Origin: Laetmonice hystrix | Lineage: Eukaryota | NCBI GenBank assembly: GCA_965235115.1 | Contig: OZ249436.1 | Location: 46,252,001 to 46,316,000 of the forward strand | Length of the DNA: 64,000 nucleotides | Reading direction: 5' to 3' | Notes under the pieces: model-generated | What the model was told of the DNA's origin: nothing | The model's database searches: none | The model's input: the letters and a program-made list of their open reading frames with translations, nothing else | Program-made: the position numbers and the translations under genes | Shown here: in pieces, positions 49,165 through 61,700 of the stretch | Layout: every line of letters begins with the position of its first letter | How positions within the stretch are numbered: the stretch's first letter is position 1

Positions 49165-49855
49165 ACATTTATCACATTATTAAATAGGCCTTATGAATAA
49201 ATAAATACTTAATTCCATACCGATTTAAGTATGCAAGCACCTTTTGGTTACACTGCCATCGTGTGCAGAAAGTAGGACAAGAGTCTGGCTCGTGTTCATT
49301 CCGTTGTTCCTAGACTTAGGTTATTATCCCTCATTATCGCTCATTTTGTTTCGTCACGGCGATAACGAGGTTTAGAAGGGATATCATTTCCGGAAGTAGC
49401 GGTCCAGAACACGCATGCTCGGGGAAGCCAGTTGTTAAGCGGAAAGGAGGGCTCAAGTCGCAGAATGGGACGTCATAAAATGAGTGATAAAATGTGCTAA
49501 TCCTAACCCATATTGCCTGAGATAGACTAGACCAGCACCGGTCGTCGGAAGAAGCCGGCAGGCATGACCTGTGCAGATTGGTATGACATAAGTATAGACC
49601 ATGATGGCGCCGTCCATCAGGGTTCAGGAGGTCGATGGATAGCTTCGAGCCGTGGTCTGGTGACTTAAAACACACATTTAATCTTTTGACAAGGATCTGT
49701 ATTTCCGATCCTTCACACACGGATCTTCTAACATAGAGACATCTTTTAGTGCCAAAAATACAAATGATGATCTGGCATCAAAAAGAAAAACATGTATCCG
49801 GAGGGCGATAATTGGGGACCTTGCCATACAATTTGCATATAAAAGAAAATATCAA

Positions 49856-49927
49856 GGGCTTGTCCGGGATTCGAACCCGGGACCTCTCGCACCCAAAGCG
49901 AGAATCATGCCCCTAGACCAACAAGCC
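49856..49927 (-). tRNA. trnP: tRNA-Pro (TGG)
   Basis: Identical to 47690-47761. Confidence 0.95.
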
Positions 49928-50617
49928 ACATATATGACATTATTAAATAGGCTTTATAAATAAATAATTAAATACTTTATTCTATACCGATTTTAGTATG
50001 AAAGCACCTTTTGGTTACACTGTCATCGTGTGCAGAAAGTAGGACAAGAGTCTGGCTCGTGTTCATTCTGTTGTTCCTGGACTTAGGTTATTTACCCTCA
50101 TTATCGCTCATTTTGTGACCTCACGGCGATAACGAGGTTTAGAAGGGATATCATTTCCGGAAGTAGCGGAACACGCATGCTCAGGGAAGCCAGTTGTTAA
50201 GCGGAAAGAATGGCTCAAGTCGCAGAACGGGACGTCATAAAATGAGCGATAAAATGTGCTAATCCTAACCCATATTGCCTGAGATAGACTAGACCAGCAC
50301 CGGTCGTCGGAAGAAGCCAGCAGGCATGACCTGTGCACATTGGTATGACGTAAGCCTAGAACATCATGGCGCCGTCCATCAGGGTTCAGGAGGTCGATGG
50401 ATAGCCTCGAGCCGTGGCCTGGTGACGTAAAACACGCATTTCATCTTGTGACAAGGATCTGTATTTCCGATCCTTCACACACGGATCTTCTAACATAGAG
50501 ACATCTTTTAGTACCAAAAATACAAATTATAATCCGGCACCAAAAAGGAAAAAATGTATCCGGAGGGCGATAATTGGGGACCTTGCCATACAATTTGCAT
50601 ATAAAAGTAAATTTTAT

Positions 50618-50689
50618 GGGCTTGTCCGGGATTTGAACCCGGGACCTCTCGCACCCTAAGCGAGAATCATGCCCCTAGACCAACAAGCC
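50618..50689 (-). tRNA. trnP: tRNA-Pro (AGG)
   Basis: Identical to 46303-46374. Confidence 0.95.
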
Positions 50690-51381
50690 ACATTTAACAC
50701 ATTATTAAATAGGCCTTATGAATAAATAAATACTTTATTCCATACCGATTTAAGTATGCAAGCACCTTTTGGTTACACTACCATCGTGTGCAGAAAGTAG
50801 GACAAGAGTCTGGCTCGTGTTCATTCTGTTGTTCCTAGACTTAGGTTATTGTCCCTCATTATCGCTCATTTTGTTTCGTCACGGCGATAACGAAGTTTAG
50901 AAGGGATATCATTTCCAGAAGTAGCGGTCCAGAACACGCATGCTCGGGGAAGCCAGTTGTTAAGCGGAAAGAATGGCTCAAGTCGCAGAACGGGACGTCA
51001 TAAAATGAGCGATAAAATGTGCTAATCCTAACCCATATTGCCTTGAGATAGACTAGACCACCACCGGTCGTCGGAAGAAGCCGGCAGGCATGACCTGTGC
51101 ACATTGGTATGACGTAAGTATAGACCATGATGGCGCCGTCCATCATGGTTCAGGAGGTCGATGGATAGCTTCGAGCCGTGGCCTGGTGACTTAAAACACA
51201 CATTTAATCTTTTGACAAGGATCTGTATTTCCGATCCTTCACACACGAATCTTCTAACATAGAGACATCTTTTAGTGCCAAAAACACAAATGATGATCTG
51301 GCATCAAAAAGAAAAACATGTATCCGGAGGGCGATAATTGGGGACCTTGCCATACAATTTGCATATAAAAGAAAATATCAA

Positions 51382-51453
51382 GGGCTTGTCCGGGATTCGA
51401 ACCCGGGACCTCTTGCACCCAAAGCGAGAATCATGCCCCTAGACCAACAAGCC
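51382..51453 (-). tRNA. trnP: tRNA-Pro (TGG), one C:A mismatch in the anticodon stem
   Basis: Plus strand TCTTGCACCC gives the 3' strand of the anticodon stem as GCAAG instead of GCGAG. Confidence 0.85.
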
Positions 51454-52043
51454 ACATGTATGACATTATTAAATAGGCTTTATAAAATAAATAATTAAAT
51501 ACTTTATTCTATACCGATTTTAGTATGAAAGCACCTTTTGGTTATATTGCCATCGTGTGCAGAAAGTAGGACAAGAGTCTGGCTCGTGTTCATTCTGTTG
51601 TTCCTGGACTTAGGTTATTATCCCTCATTATCGCTCATTTTGTGACCTCACGGCGATAACGAGGTTTAGAAGGGATATCATTTCCGGAAGTAGCGGAACA
51701 CGCATGCTCGGGGAAGCCAGTTGTTAAGCGGAAAGAAGGCCTCAAGTCGCTGAACGGGACGTCATAAAATGAGCGATAAAATGTGCTAATCCTAACCCAT
51801 ATTGCCTGAGATAGACTAGACCAGCACCGGATAGTCTCGAGCCGTGGCCTGGTGACTTAAAACAGACATTTCATCTTTTGACAAGGATCTGTATTTTCGA
51901 TCTTTCACACACAGGTCGTCTAACCTAGACATCTTTTAGTATCAAAAATACAAAATGATGATCTGGCACCGAAAGGAACAATTATCCGAAGAGCGATAAT
52001 TGGTGTCCTTCGCGGCCATTTTGGATATAAAAGTAAATAAGAT

Positions 52044-52115
52044 GGGCTTGTCCGGGATTCGAACCCGGGACCTCTCGCACCCGAAGCGAAAATCATTCCC
52101 CTAGACCAACAAGCC
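52044..52115 (-). tRNA. trnP: tRNA-Pro (CGG)
   Basis: Anticodon arm TTCGC-TTCGGGT-GCGAG (one G:U pair); D-loop GGGGAATG; T-arm intact. Confidence 0.9.
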
Positions 52116-52779
52116 ACAGATACGACATTATTAAATAGGCCTTATAAATAAATGAAGCCTTAGAGCCTGCTCCGCTGGTGTTGGCGGCCATAGCGAACGT
52201 TGACAGCTTATAAGCAAAATTTGTTAGAACATAGACGAAAACCATCGATCATAGTGATGAGGAATGGCTAAGCCAGTGATTTTGACACGGTTGTCATGTT
52301 CAACATATGACTTCTTGGAATGGGGGGGGGGGGCATTTATTTTCAACCACTACTCTGAAAGGTGAGTATATACATAGAGGCCTTGCAGCTGTCCAAATGT
52401 GATTTTTGACTGGACTTCTCCTTTAAGTATGTAAGCACCTTTTGGTGTAAACACTGCTATCGCGTGCACAACTGGGACAAGGGTTTTCCTCATGTTCATT
52501 CTATGTTCCTGGACTTAGGTTATTAACCCTCATTATCGCTCATTTTATGGCGTCACGGCGATAACGAGGTTTAGAAGGGATATCATTTCCGGAAGTAGCG
52601 GTCCGGAACACGCATGCTCGGGGAAGCCAGTTGTTAAGCTGACAGAGGCATCTCGTCATACATACTTCTACATGCAGGTGTAGGTCTACTGCGATTATAG
52701 TGCGCTGCATTCACTGCAAACGATGTCACAATGGACTTTTAGTGACGTCATGGGCTGCTAAATTAAACTTGATACGACT

Positions 52780-52995
52780 GTGCCTTGCGGTTCCTTTGGT
52801 CTCTGTCGGCATATGTTTCGCATTATGTAGGCTTAGTGGTACAGGTGGGCAGTGGTCAGCGAAGTCTTTTTGATGAAACTGATTCTAAGCTATTTCCGTG
52901 CCTTGCAGTTCCTTTGGTTTCTGTAGGCCTATGTTTCATATAGTATGTAAGTTTAGTGGCACAGGTAATCAGTGGTCAGCAAAGTATTTTTTTGC
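52780..52995. repeat. Diverged two-copy direct repeat, period 118 bp
   Basis: GTGCCTTGCrGTTCCTTTGGT...CAGTGGTCAGCrAAGT starts at 52780 and at 52898. Confidence 0.7.
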
Positions 52996-54767
52996 ATAGA
53001 CAGAAAGTATTATATTATATGGCACTTGCTGGGAAAGAAAATGCCACGCCGTGCATCGGGACGGACATGTAGTCTTACTAGACATTATAATACGGGTTTA
53101 ATTTGTAATGGTTTTTTTACAGTCAGGAAATGACGTCATATTTGAATAGCATTGATCTTGCGTGTTATCGGCTTCAAGGTTATGATGAAGACCTCCTTCG
53201 GAACGCCACTTTAACACTGTCATTTTGGAGAAGTTTATTGTATACAGTGTATCGACGAACGAAGGCACTAGCTCCTGGAGAGTTAAGTCTCTGAAGTGGG
53301 CATAAATGAAACGCTACAATAGGAATGCCGTTCACCCATACAATTATTACGGACGGGTCTATGCATACAGGGTATTTGCAGAGTGCATTAGCGGAGAAAC
53401 ATTAAGTTCTAAAAAAAACCATTACCTTCACTAGATTCAATACAAGGACAAACCACTAATGCAGTCATTATTCCAAAGAGGCCACAAGCGGTTGGCTTCC
53501 CTAATAGTGCTCTCTTATGTTTGCGGCAATTGGTGTTTCACCATAATCACTTTCCACATCGTGACTCAGTCTGAAAGTCAGCAGTGTTGTTTCACAGGAA
53601 AGATTTGAACTTAATTATTATGAACCACTGCCAGGAGTTATAATTACATCTCCTGGATTGTAACAAAAACATGTCTCCGTGCACGGTGATTGCACACCGG
53701 TGATCGCACAGTTGCACCGACTAAAGGAACAAAATTGCTGGAGCAGTACGCCCATGGCCAACAACTGCGCATGAAGTTTGGTTTCTTTAATAATAATTAT
53801 CCGATGAACATTTCATAATCCCGTCCGATCAGAACGAGAATAAACTCGTCCTCCTGGATGGAAACATCATAAACGACCTCACAAGACCGCAGTGAACACA
53901 CGGCATTATTCAGGTCATCCGATAAACTTCCGTCCGTGTGGCTCATCGTGCTGGTTTTGTCTGTGACTAATTACAGGAATACCCACATCCCATCCCTTAC
54001 CTACCATTATCTGAGCCATTCAGTAGCAAACAGTCACTAAAGAAAGTGGTTCCAACATCATTAGTTTGTTCAGATAACGCTAAGTGCAGGAGTAGTTTCA
54101 TCTGGTTGCCCGGCGTTTACACAAAATATCAAAAGAATGTTAAATTCAATGCCACTACATTAGGATTAAATCGCAGCCCAAGTCGGCCCTAATGCCATAA
54201 TGATAGCGTGTATTATGACTGCAGTGACTAGTAGGCCCACGATTTGGAATCAAGGAAAGTGTGCTAAATGATATTAGTTCAGTTCGCGTTAATGGTTCTG
54301 GCATTCCAACTCTTTTAAGGCTAAGCATTTTAAATTCTGCTGGAGTAGGCTCTAAATTCTGCTGCAGTAGGCCCGACATAATATCGACAGTGTCCTTTCA
54401 TTTGGAGCGATCTTGAAACATTAGTGACGTCTATCCGAATTTATACACACATTGCCAACATCTGCAAACAGTAGCAATATTATATAGTTATCATTTATAC
54501 AGTATAGCTCTAGAGTCCATCAACATCTACAAGCTGTCTAGGACAAGAGTGCCAACCATGCCCTATCTGAACACAGCAGACTCCATTGTGCTGACGAGGC
54601 CCTGGTATTTTCAGATTGAGGTCGTGATCTGATCCTGTAACGGTCGCGACCTGATTCTGTAACAGGGCAAGTAATGATCTTCCATTACGGATTTGAATGC
54701 AAAACCATTTAGGACAAGACAGGACACATGCTTGCGTAATTGGCCGGAAGTGGGTGAACATGGTCTT

Positions 54768-54897
54768 NNNNNNNNNNNNNNNNNNNNNNNNNNNNNNNNN
54801 NNNNNNNNNNNNNNNNNNNNNNNNNNNNNNNNNNNNNNNNNNNNNNNNNNNNNNNNNNNNNNNNNNNNNNNNNNNNNNNNNNNNNNNNNNNNNNNNN
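54768..54897. other. Assembly gap (N run)
   Basis: N bases. Confidence 1.
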
Positions 54898-56164
54898 CAC
54901 CTCCCGTTCGCTAAAATTGTCATTGAATTTCAATGGTAATTTTACCGAGCGGGAATTTATGCAACGGACCCCTGGCCGAGTCTGATCGGAGACTACATGA
55001 AGTAGGCCTAACAATGTGGCTTGGATAGGTAGAGTGAATGAATCGTTGTATGAATGAATAAATGACTGAATGAATGAGTAAATAAACGAATGACGGAATT
55101 CAATAAATGTTTGTTGATTCGTATTTCTCCCAATCCAAAGTGTATGTAGCAGGCCTAGCTGTGTTACAGAAAGGATATTTACCAGTACCTAAAACTGAAC
55201 AACGGAATTCTAATTCCAGATGTTCCAGAGTCTTTACACATTCTGAGATATAAGACACAACTCATCAACTCCATACTTCGAATATGTTAAACAAACCTGC
55301 CATCTATTAGTCTCTGTCCATGAGTATATGGACCTCTCCCCTACACACACCATCTTGGACTAACAGATCCTGTGAATTATGAGTGGAAGGTGAGAGCTAA
55401 AGTTACGTTCCCATCAGTAAACAGAATGATTTAATGACAGAAACATTTGGAAACACTTTGAACGAATTGTTTTACGGGTTTCTGGATCAACATGGCTGTG
55501 GTAAAGAATGCATAATAAGACAAAAATCATTAAAAAATAAACACAAAAATAAACACAAAACCAAACACGGAGGGCATGAGCTGAAGAGCCATCACCGCAG
55601 TTAGTGCGGTAAGTAGCTGCGAGGAGCCAATGCGGCGCCTTAACTGGGAAACAAACAAAGCAAAGAGCGATTTCTGCGTAGAAAACCTGACACTTTTTGG
55701 CATTTAATCACTTCGGTCAGCTCTGCCGCCGTTTTCAAGAAGCGGAAAGTGTTTGAAGCCCAAAGTCAATCGGAGATATTTTTGTTTGGGCAGATGCCCT
55801 GGATGCGAATAATGAATAGAGACAAGAAAATAACCCGGGTGACTGTATTATCGGCAGATGTTACTGGGCCAAGCCATAGTGGAACCTTTAAGGTCTGACG
55901 AGTGCATGACTCAATACCATGACGTTAGCATTCTTCAGATACTACTCCCAACAAAGATAAAATGCAGAGTTGTTCTTTAAATAACGATTTTAGTGGTCAA
56001 GCAGGAGCAATTACGTCTGGTAATTTCGTGTCATTTTGTTTCTTTATGGCCCTGGAGCTGTCAGATTTCGTGAATATTGTTTATGACTTCGACACGAGTG
56101 TTTGTGAGGGTGTTTGGGCCACGGTGACACTTAAGCCTTGATTGACTCCGCCCCTGATATTGGT

Positions 56165-56310
56165 CACGATTGATTGGGATTGGGATTGGGGGTTTTTAAG
56201 CCTCATCAACACTCAATGTCATGTCAATTGTACTGGTGGAGGGAACCGGAACACCCGGAGAAAGCAACCACTACTGCAGCAAGTAACTGACACGTTCTTA
56301 GGATGGAAGG
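56165..56310 (-). mobile_element. SINE fragment with a V-/Meta-type core motif and microsatellite tail
   Basis: GGTGGAGGGAACCGGAACACCCGGAGAAAGC is the reverse complement of a CTCCGGGTrYTCCGGTTTCCTCC-like SINE core (from recall); a GATTG/GGATTG tail lies to its left. Confidence 0.45.
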
Positions 56311-57877
56311 GAAGATCAGAGAGCGTGAAGGGTGTTTTCCACGCTCGGTTAGGCCGTTTATAGATAATATCGCCTCTTATCCCATTTTCGACCTCTATAT
56401 TATTTCTTTGAGATGTGGGTTATCAAAATGTTTCCGAGTCAGCTCTTCATTAGGGGTTTCTATGCGTGGTTGAAGTACAAAATTATTGTTTAGACTTTTT
56501 GCGGCGTTATGATACTAGGCGAGCCTTGGCTAAGGAGAGATCCACATCGTGGCCAGGAAAGGGCCTACGCTGGGGGGGGGGGGGGGGGGGGAGACAGGCC
56601 ATCGTCTGGGGCATCAAGAGACTATTGAGATGCTTTATAGTCTCGAGGTCAAGTGTCTCACAGGTCAAAGGTCACCGTTGGTGTAGTTGAATCCTGGGCA
56701 TTGTTTACAGTAAGCACCGATTGGTGTGAACGTTTCATAAACAATCCAGTTGGTGCTGACAGCGGTGTGAAAGAAAACACAACTCCCGCCATGCTGCCAC
56801 GACAAAAATCCAGTTGCGGAAAATTTCTGTGACAGTCCTGAAGGCAGGACGTTAGCAGGCAGGAAAAAGAGAATTTGGCTTGAACGTTCCCGAAGGCGAC
56901 CAGTACGTCTCCGTCCCACAGACTGTTTTCTCAAATTCAGGAGGTTGGATACCTGACAAGTAAAACCCACAGTGCATAATACAAAATCAAATGTTATCTT
57001 CGCTTTTATTTTTTCTCTGACTGTACTTCCTATATTTTTGAATTATAATTGGATTCTACTTTGAATAGTAAAAACTATAATGGATTTGCCTTTGGAATCA
57101 GTGGCCCCAGGGGCGGATCCAGGATTTCGGAAAAGTAAAGGGAGTCCAAAATGGAAGTGTGAAGAAGAAGGGTCCCAACGGGGATTAAAATTTAATGTAA
57201 AAAAAAATAGAAATTAAAATATTAGTGGCGTGTTGTAATCTGATGGTGGACGTGATGATGTTGGTGTCTTCTTGTCCGGGATTTACATAACCCAGGATCA
57301 GAGACATTTACTGGGAAACTCTTCCCGCCGCCGCTTGCGATGGTTGTAGTAGTAGGCAATTCGTGATCCCTCAGAATATGGAAATTTATAACCATTCCGA
57401 AATTAAATGAAATAGCCATTGAGACTCAGGAGTGCATAACTATCAATGGTTGGAAAATTGATTTATTCTTTAAATTCGAAATCGGAAGAAGCTCGTGTGT
57501 TCTCTCGTCCTAGTGAATCAGGGGTTTGGCTTTCTGCATGTTAATAGTTTATTCCGGGTACTCCGATGCCCTTCACCGTGTAAGCTGAACTCCTCAGTAT
57601 AGCCTACCCGAAGTATTTGATGGAGCTGTTAATTGCCAAATTTTAGATTAATAAATCTCAATTCACGTGTGTACTTTACATCAAGTTTCAGAGATCTGAA
57701 AGCTCTGATCTCGGGCATCCCCAGCATCTCTCAGACTGATCGGGAGTTCCCCCCCCCCCCCGATGCTTAATTTACTTTAGGTCATAAGACCGAGGGTCAA
57801 AATGTGTGACGTTCGGCCTGAGGGGAGGGAGGCTGCCTGTGGAATTTACATTCCGGCTTTGTCTTTCAAGGTTCAAC

Positions 57878-58093
57878 ATGCATGTTTGCCCGCCTCGACA
57901 CTCAATATTGCCGCTTTTAGTAACATTAGCACTTTGCACCGGAGCCGCTGTTGGACAGGGCATTGACAGAAGGCTTGTCTTCACGGGAGGAGGGTTTTTA
58001 CAGGCCAGCCGATGGTGGGGTTATGGTGCCAATGGCTGCCTCCCTGTAGAGTGCCTATATCCTGGTCCAGTGAACGATGGAGACCTCCTTTAA
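57878..58093 (+). CDS. Candidate small secreted protein or first coding exon (signal-peptide-like N-terminus)
   Basis: MHVCPPRHSILPLLVTLALCTGAAVG-QGIDRR..., preceded by an acceptor-like CTTTGTCTTTCAAG at 57857-57870. No family recognised. Confidence 0.25.
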   Translation: MHVCPPRHSILPLLVTLALCTGAAVGQGIDRRLVFTGGGFLQASRWWGYGANGCLPVECLYPGPVNDGDLL

Positions 58094-58687
58094 AATGTAA
58101 AATGATTGTGTTGGTGGTGATGATAGAAAACTGCACTGAGTGCCTCCGAATTAAGTCTGGCCTCTGTCAGTCAATCCGTGCATTCGATTTTAGAGTGACC
58201 CGGATCAGGCCGTGGATCCTGCCGGGGTTCACCCTGGCCTGGAGCACCCGCCACCCCACCCCCATACCCCACCCCACCCCAAGTTGACAAGCCAGCCTAG
58301 CCATGCGGACTGGAGAGTCGGAACCGTCCCGTCCTGTCATTCCTCTCTGAGTAAATAGATACACTGGAGGAGTACATAATATTTATAGACTATCGCGAAT
58401 AAAAAAAATATACAAAAACATATTACACCAGGTTGTAGACAAAGTAACCGTCTCTATACAGAGACAAACGCCACTGTGTGTAAATTCCAGATATACCCGA
58501 ACAAAACCTCAGGCTACCATGAAACCCCCTCCCCTGTCCGTCTCGCTGGACTAAATATTGCTAAACTTACCTCACTTATTTCCAAGCTTCGAAAGCACGA
58601 TGCGACATAATCATTGCGGCACAAAGTCTTGAACTGATAAGTTTCACTCTCTGGCTTGTGTTTTCAAATTCTTAACTTTTTTTCCAG

Positions 58688-58758
58688 AAATCCATGGAAA
58701 TCAGAATCAAGATCATGCTCAGGACCAAACATCCAGAAATAGCCAGTCTGAATTTTGG
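58688..58758 (+). CDS. Candidate 71-bp internal exon
   Basis: Strong acceptor TTCTTAACTTTTTTTCCAG and donor GTAAGT; open in two frames (e.g. xIHGNQNQDHAQDQTSRNSQSEFW). Confidence 0.3.
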
Positions 58759-61700
58759 GTAAGTTGGACCTTTTTGACAAAATTTCCAAAATTTTAGTGG
58801 AGTCCCTCAGGCCCCCTGGTTCCGGGTATGACTTTATATGATGTACTCGTACTCGTACTGGCCTACAGTGTTGACAACGGCGAACAACTGATGCAGTGAT
58901 GACTACAGCTACAGACCCACGATAGACCCTCGAACCATGAGGTCGGCCCAGTCTAGCAACCCGCCCCAAGGCCAACAGTTTATCTCTGACTGACAAAAGG
59001 ATGAGACTGGGAAGATTCGCCTTGAGTTGAATACACCGGCTCATATCCTGCCTTCACCGACCCCTGTACGCCTCAGGGCTTTGACCCCGGCGACTCCCAG
59101 AGACTGACTCTCTGACCCATGACCCCACCCCATGGGGGCTCAGCCGGCCCATGGGGCGGGCTGTGTTGATAGGGAGTGGTCAAGACTGACCACTCGCTGT
59201 CGGCAGGGTGCTGATTAGACAGACCCGAGAAGGTCAGTCTCCGCTCGCAGTTCGTGGTCAGGTGGTCAGGTAAGTGACCTGTAGACAATGAAGGATTAGA
59301 GACCGATGTGGTCGGCAAGGGTCGATGATAAGGCAGCCAAAAAAACTGCCAAGTTGAGTGCGGTTTTTATGGGAGTTAGTAGTTTACTACTCGGGGCCTG
59401 GCTGTAGCTATAGCAAGGAGGAGGGAGAGATGAAGGGGGGAGGGTACCGACTTTACCTGATTCATCATGGGTAATGGTGGATGAGAAAGTTGGAAATTAT
59501 CACCTTTCAACAAAGTTTGTTGAAATCTGCTATGAAGATAACTGATGCCTGGTCAATTAACTTTTATTTTTTACTAAGTGCACTCTATTACTGCGGCCGT
59601 GAGCATTGGGGGCGGGGGGCACTGTGGTAAGCAATGTAAACAATGCGTTGAATGCAAGATTACATTTTACTTTAAGTACCAAACTACCAAAATAATGGTT
59701 AATAGAAAAGTGTTATTATCTCATGCAGTTCTTTCGGCTTTGGAAGAGCCCCTTGCTCCCCGTACCTTTTCTGCGGATTGGCGGGGAGGGCCTCTGGCGG
59801 GAGACGGTGACAGACTCTAACTCCGCCATAACAATCCCATCTTGAACATCCCCAACTACAGAGGGAGCTATCCAGAAAACTGTGATGCTAAAAGTAGAGT
59901 ATGAGGAAACGGAAACGAAGTACAATGTAGTTTCCTAGAGCTGTCTGTCATATTACACTGCACCTCCAGTGACCGGGAGAAAATGACATGGTTTCAGGGG
60001 GGTGCTTGTGGTTTATTAATCTAGAGGCAGTCTCAATATCTGTGAAGTTGAGAGGGTCCTCGTCTACTGACGCTGTCAGACTGAAGGACAAGTGAGATGC
60101 CATCTGCTCTGATGCTGAATATAAATGAGGAATCTGGGCAATATTGGCCATCTCTGGGTTATCGTTTAATTGATAGGAGAATTACTCCCTTCAGGTGGCA
60201 GCCTTGGACCTGCGCATCTGGTGATCTTCTTGGAACTAGGGCTCCAATATTCCAGGTTCTCCTTTTCGACATGCATATTTATCACCTATGACACTGATGT
60301 AGAGCCCCCTGCAATGTTCTGGATTAGATGGCTGATTACGTTGAACTTGGTGAACTTGGTTCTTCTGTCTGCCGTACTATACAATCTCACTGCAAACCTC
60401 CCAAGAACATGGAAGATTCCCCGCTGGTTAGCACAACGGCAACTCTTCATCATCCGCGGCAGGCAGCCTGACAAAGAAGAGACTTACAGCCTCTGCTGTT
60501 GATAATTACGTCATGTGTGATTTTCCCCCTGTACGTCACTAATTTGACTTTAACTTCGTGAAGAGGGAAACGCTGCGTTCTATAAAACCTTGCTATTCAC
60601 ATTTCATCATACGAGTCGGTGGAGAGGAGACGTGAGCTGCCGACACAAAAAAACATCTCAGGACGTGAACGTTTCTTCTGTTGCCAACGGAAAACGCTGC
60701 TGTGTCTGTGCGTTTCCGCTGTTGTCATGCAAGGATGGCGAGGGGAGATTGCCTTTCGATGTCATGTTGATGACCTGTAGATATGTCACATGAGAAAAAT
60801 CACCAAAGATGTGTTTTTGTGTGACCTATGCGCAGTTTACACATGCCAACCAGTTGAAGGGCGTCAGGTGACCTTCGTCATATCCCTATGATTTTCGATA
60901 GATGTCATATGAAAGTGATTTGACTTGTCTTCTTGACTTTTTCAAACAAGGCCAGCATTTTTGAAGACTGATTGAGTTAAAAACAAACATATTTTTAAGC
61001 TGGTCCTGGTCACCCCCCTAGGTGAATGTGAAAAAAATCTACTTAAGATGGGGAAGTAGGCACAACGTGATCAACAGTCGGCAGAGGTAATCCAAACAGT
61101 ATCAAGGCAACCTTTACTTGCGTCGTCGTTGAGCTTCCTGCGTGCACGACACACGTTTTCCTATCACCAAGTTTCGTCTTTCACATATGACCTTACCCAT
61201 TACAAAACGCACAGATACAAAAACAGGGTTTTTGTACAACGAATTTTGTATTGATGAAACATATTGTTTTAAAAAGACTACGACAAAACGACCATCGTGT
61301 TGGTGAAGTATTATTCCCGAAGGTTCGGTTACTGGGGGAATCCTTTGCTGCCGTCGTCACGTTACAAAGACTACTCTTTGACATTGTTCATATTTCTATA
61401 TAATATTCGTACCATAAGGACACCAGATACTATCACTGTACACAAAGGCACATGAGTAAGCACATTTTTTGAAATAAAATAAAGCGGGGTGTTTTTGGAG
61501 CGGATGGGAATATTTTCAGACGCCATCTCGGGTTCAAAGTATCGTGGTATAATGACACGCTAAAGTATGGCATTAGCTGTGTGTAAGATTATGGATGGAT
61601 GAGGGGGAAATTGATTTTACTTTATGCTTGTCAATGTTTACAAGACATGTACTTTGTAGATGGGAGTACTGACTTTAGTTTACATAACAGAGCCGAGTTA

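Larger units (their letters stand above)
46025..52640 (-). repeat. Tandem array of tRNA-Pro units, periods 652, 735, 666, 737, 763, 762, 764 and 662 bp
   Basis: A homologous spacer (AAGTATGCAAGCACCTTTTGG...GGTTTAGAAGGGATATCATTTCC...CCCATATTGCCTGAGATAGAC) lies between all nine tRNA genes, with a diverged partial spacer at about 52420-52640. Confidence 0.95.

Noticed and set aside
46303-52115. Interpretation of the array as tRNA-derived SINE copies
   Set aside because: The genes are complete 72-nt cloverleaves with compensated stems, three valid Pro anticodons and T-run terminators, with no SINE body, tail or TSD.
56665-56837. Minus-strand exon candidate with a branch point and acceptor, C-type-lectin-like words (GGSCVFFH...NW)
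   Set aside because: The frame is ambiguous, the conserved lectin cysteines are missing, and no donor or partner exon supports it.
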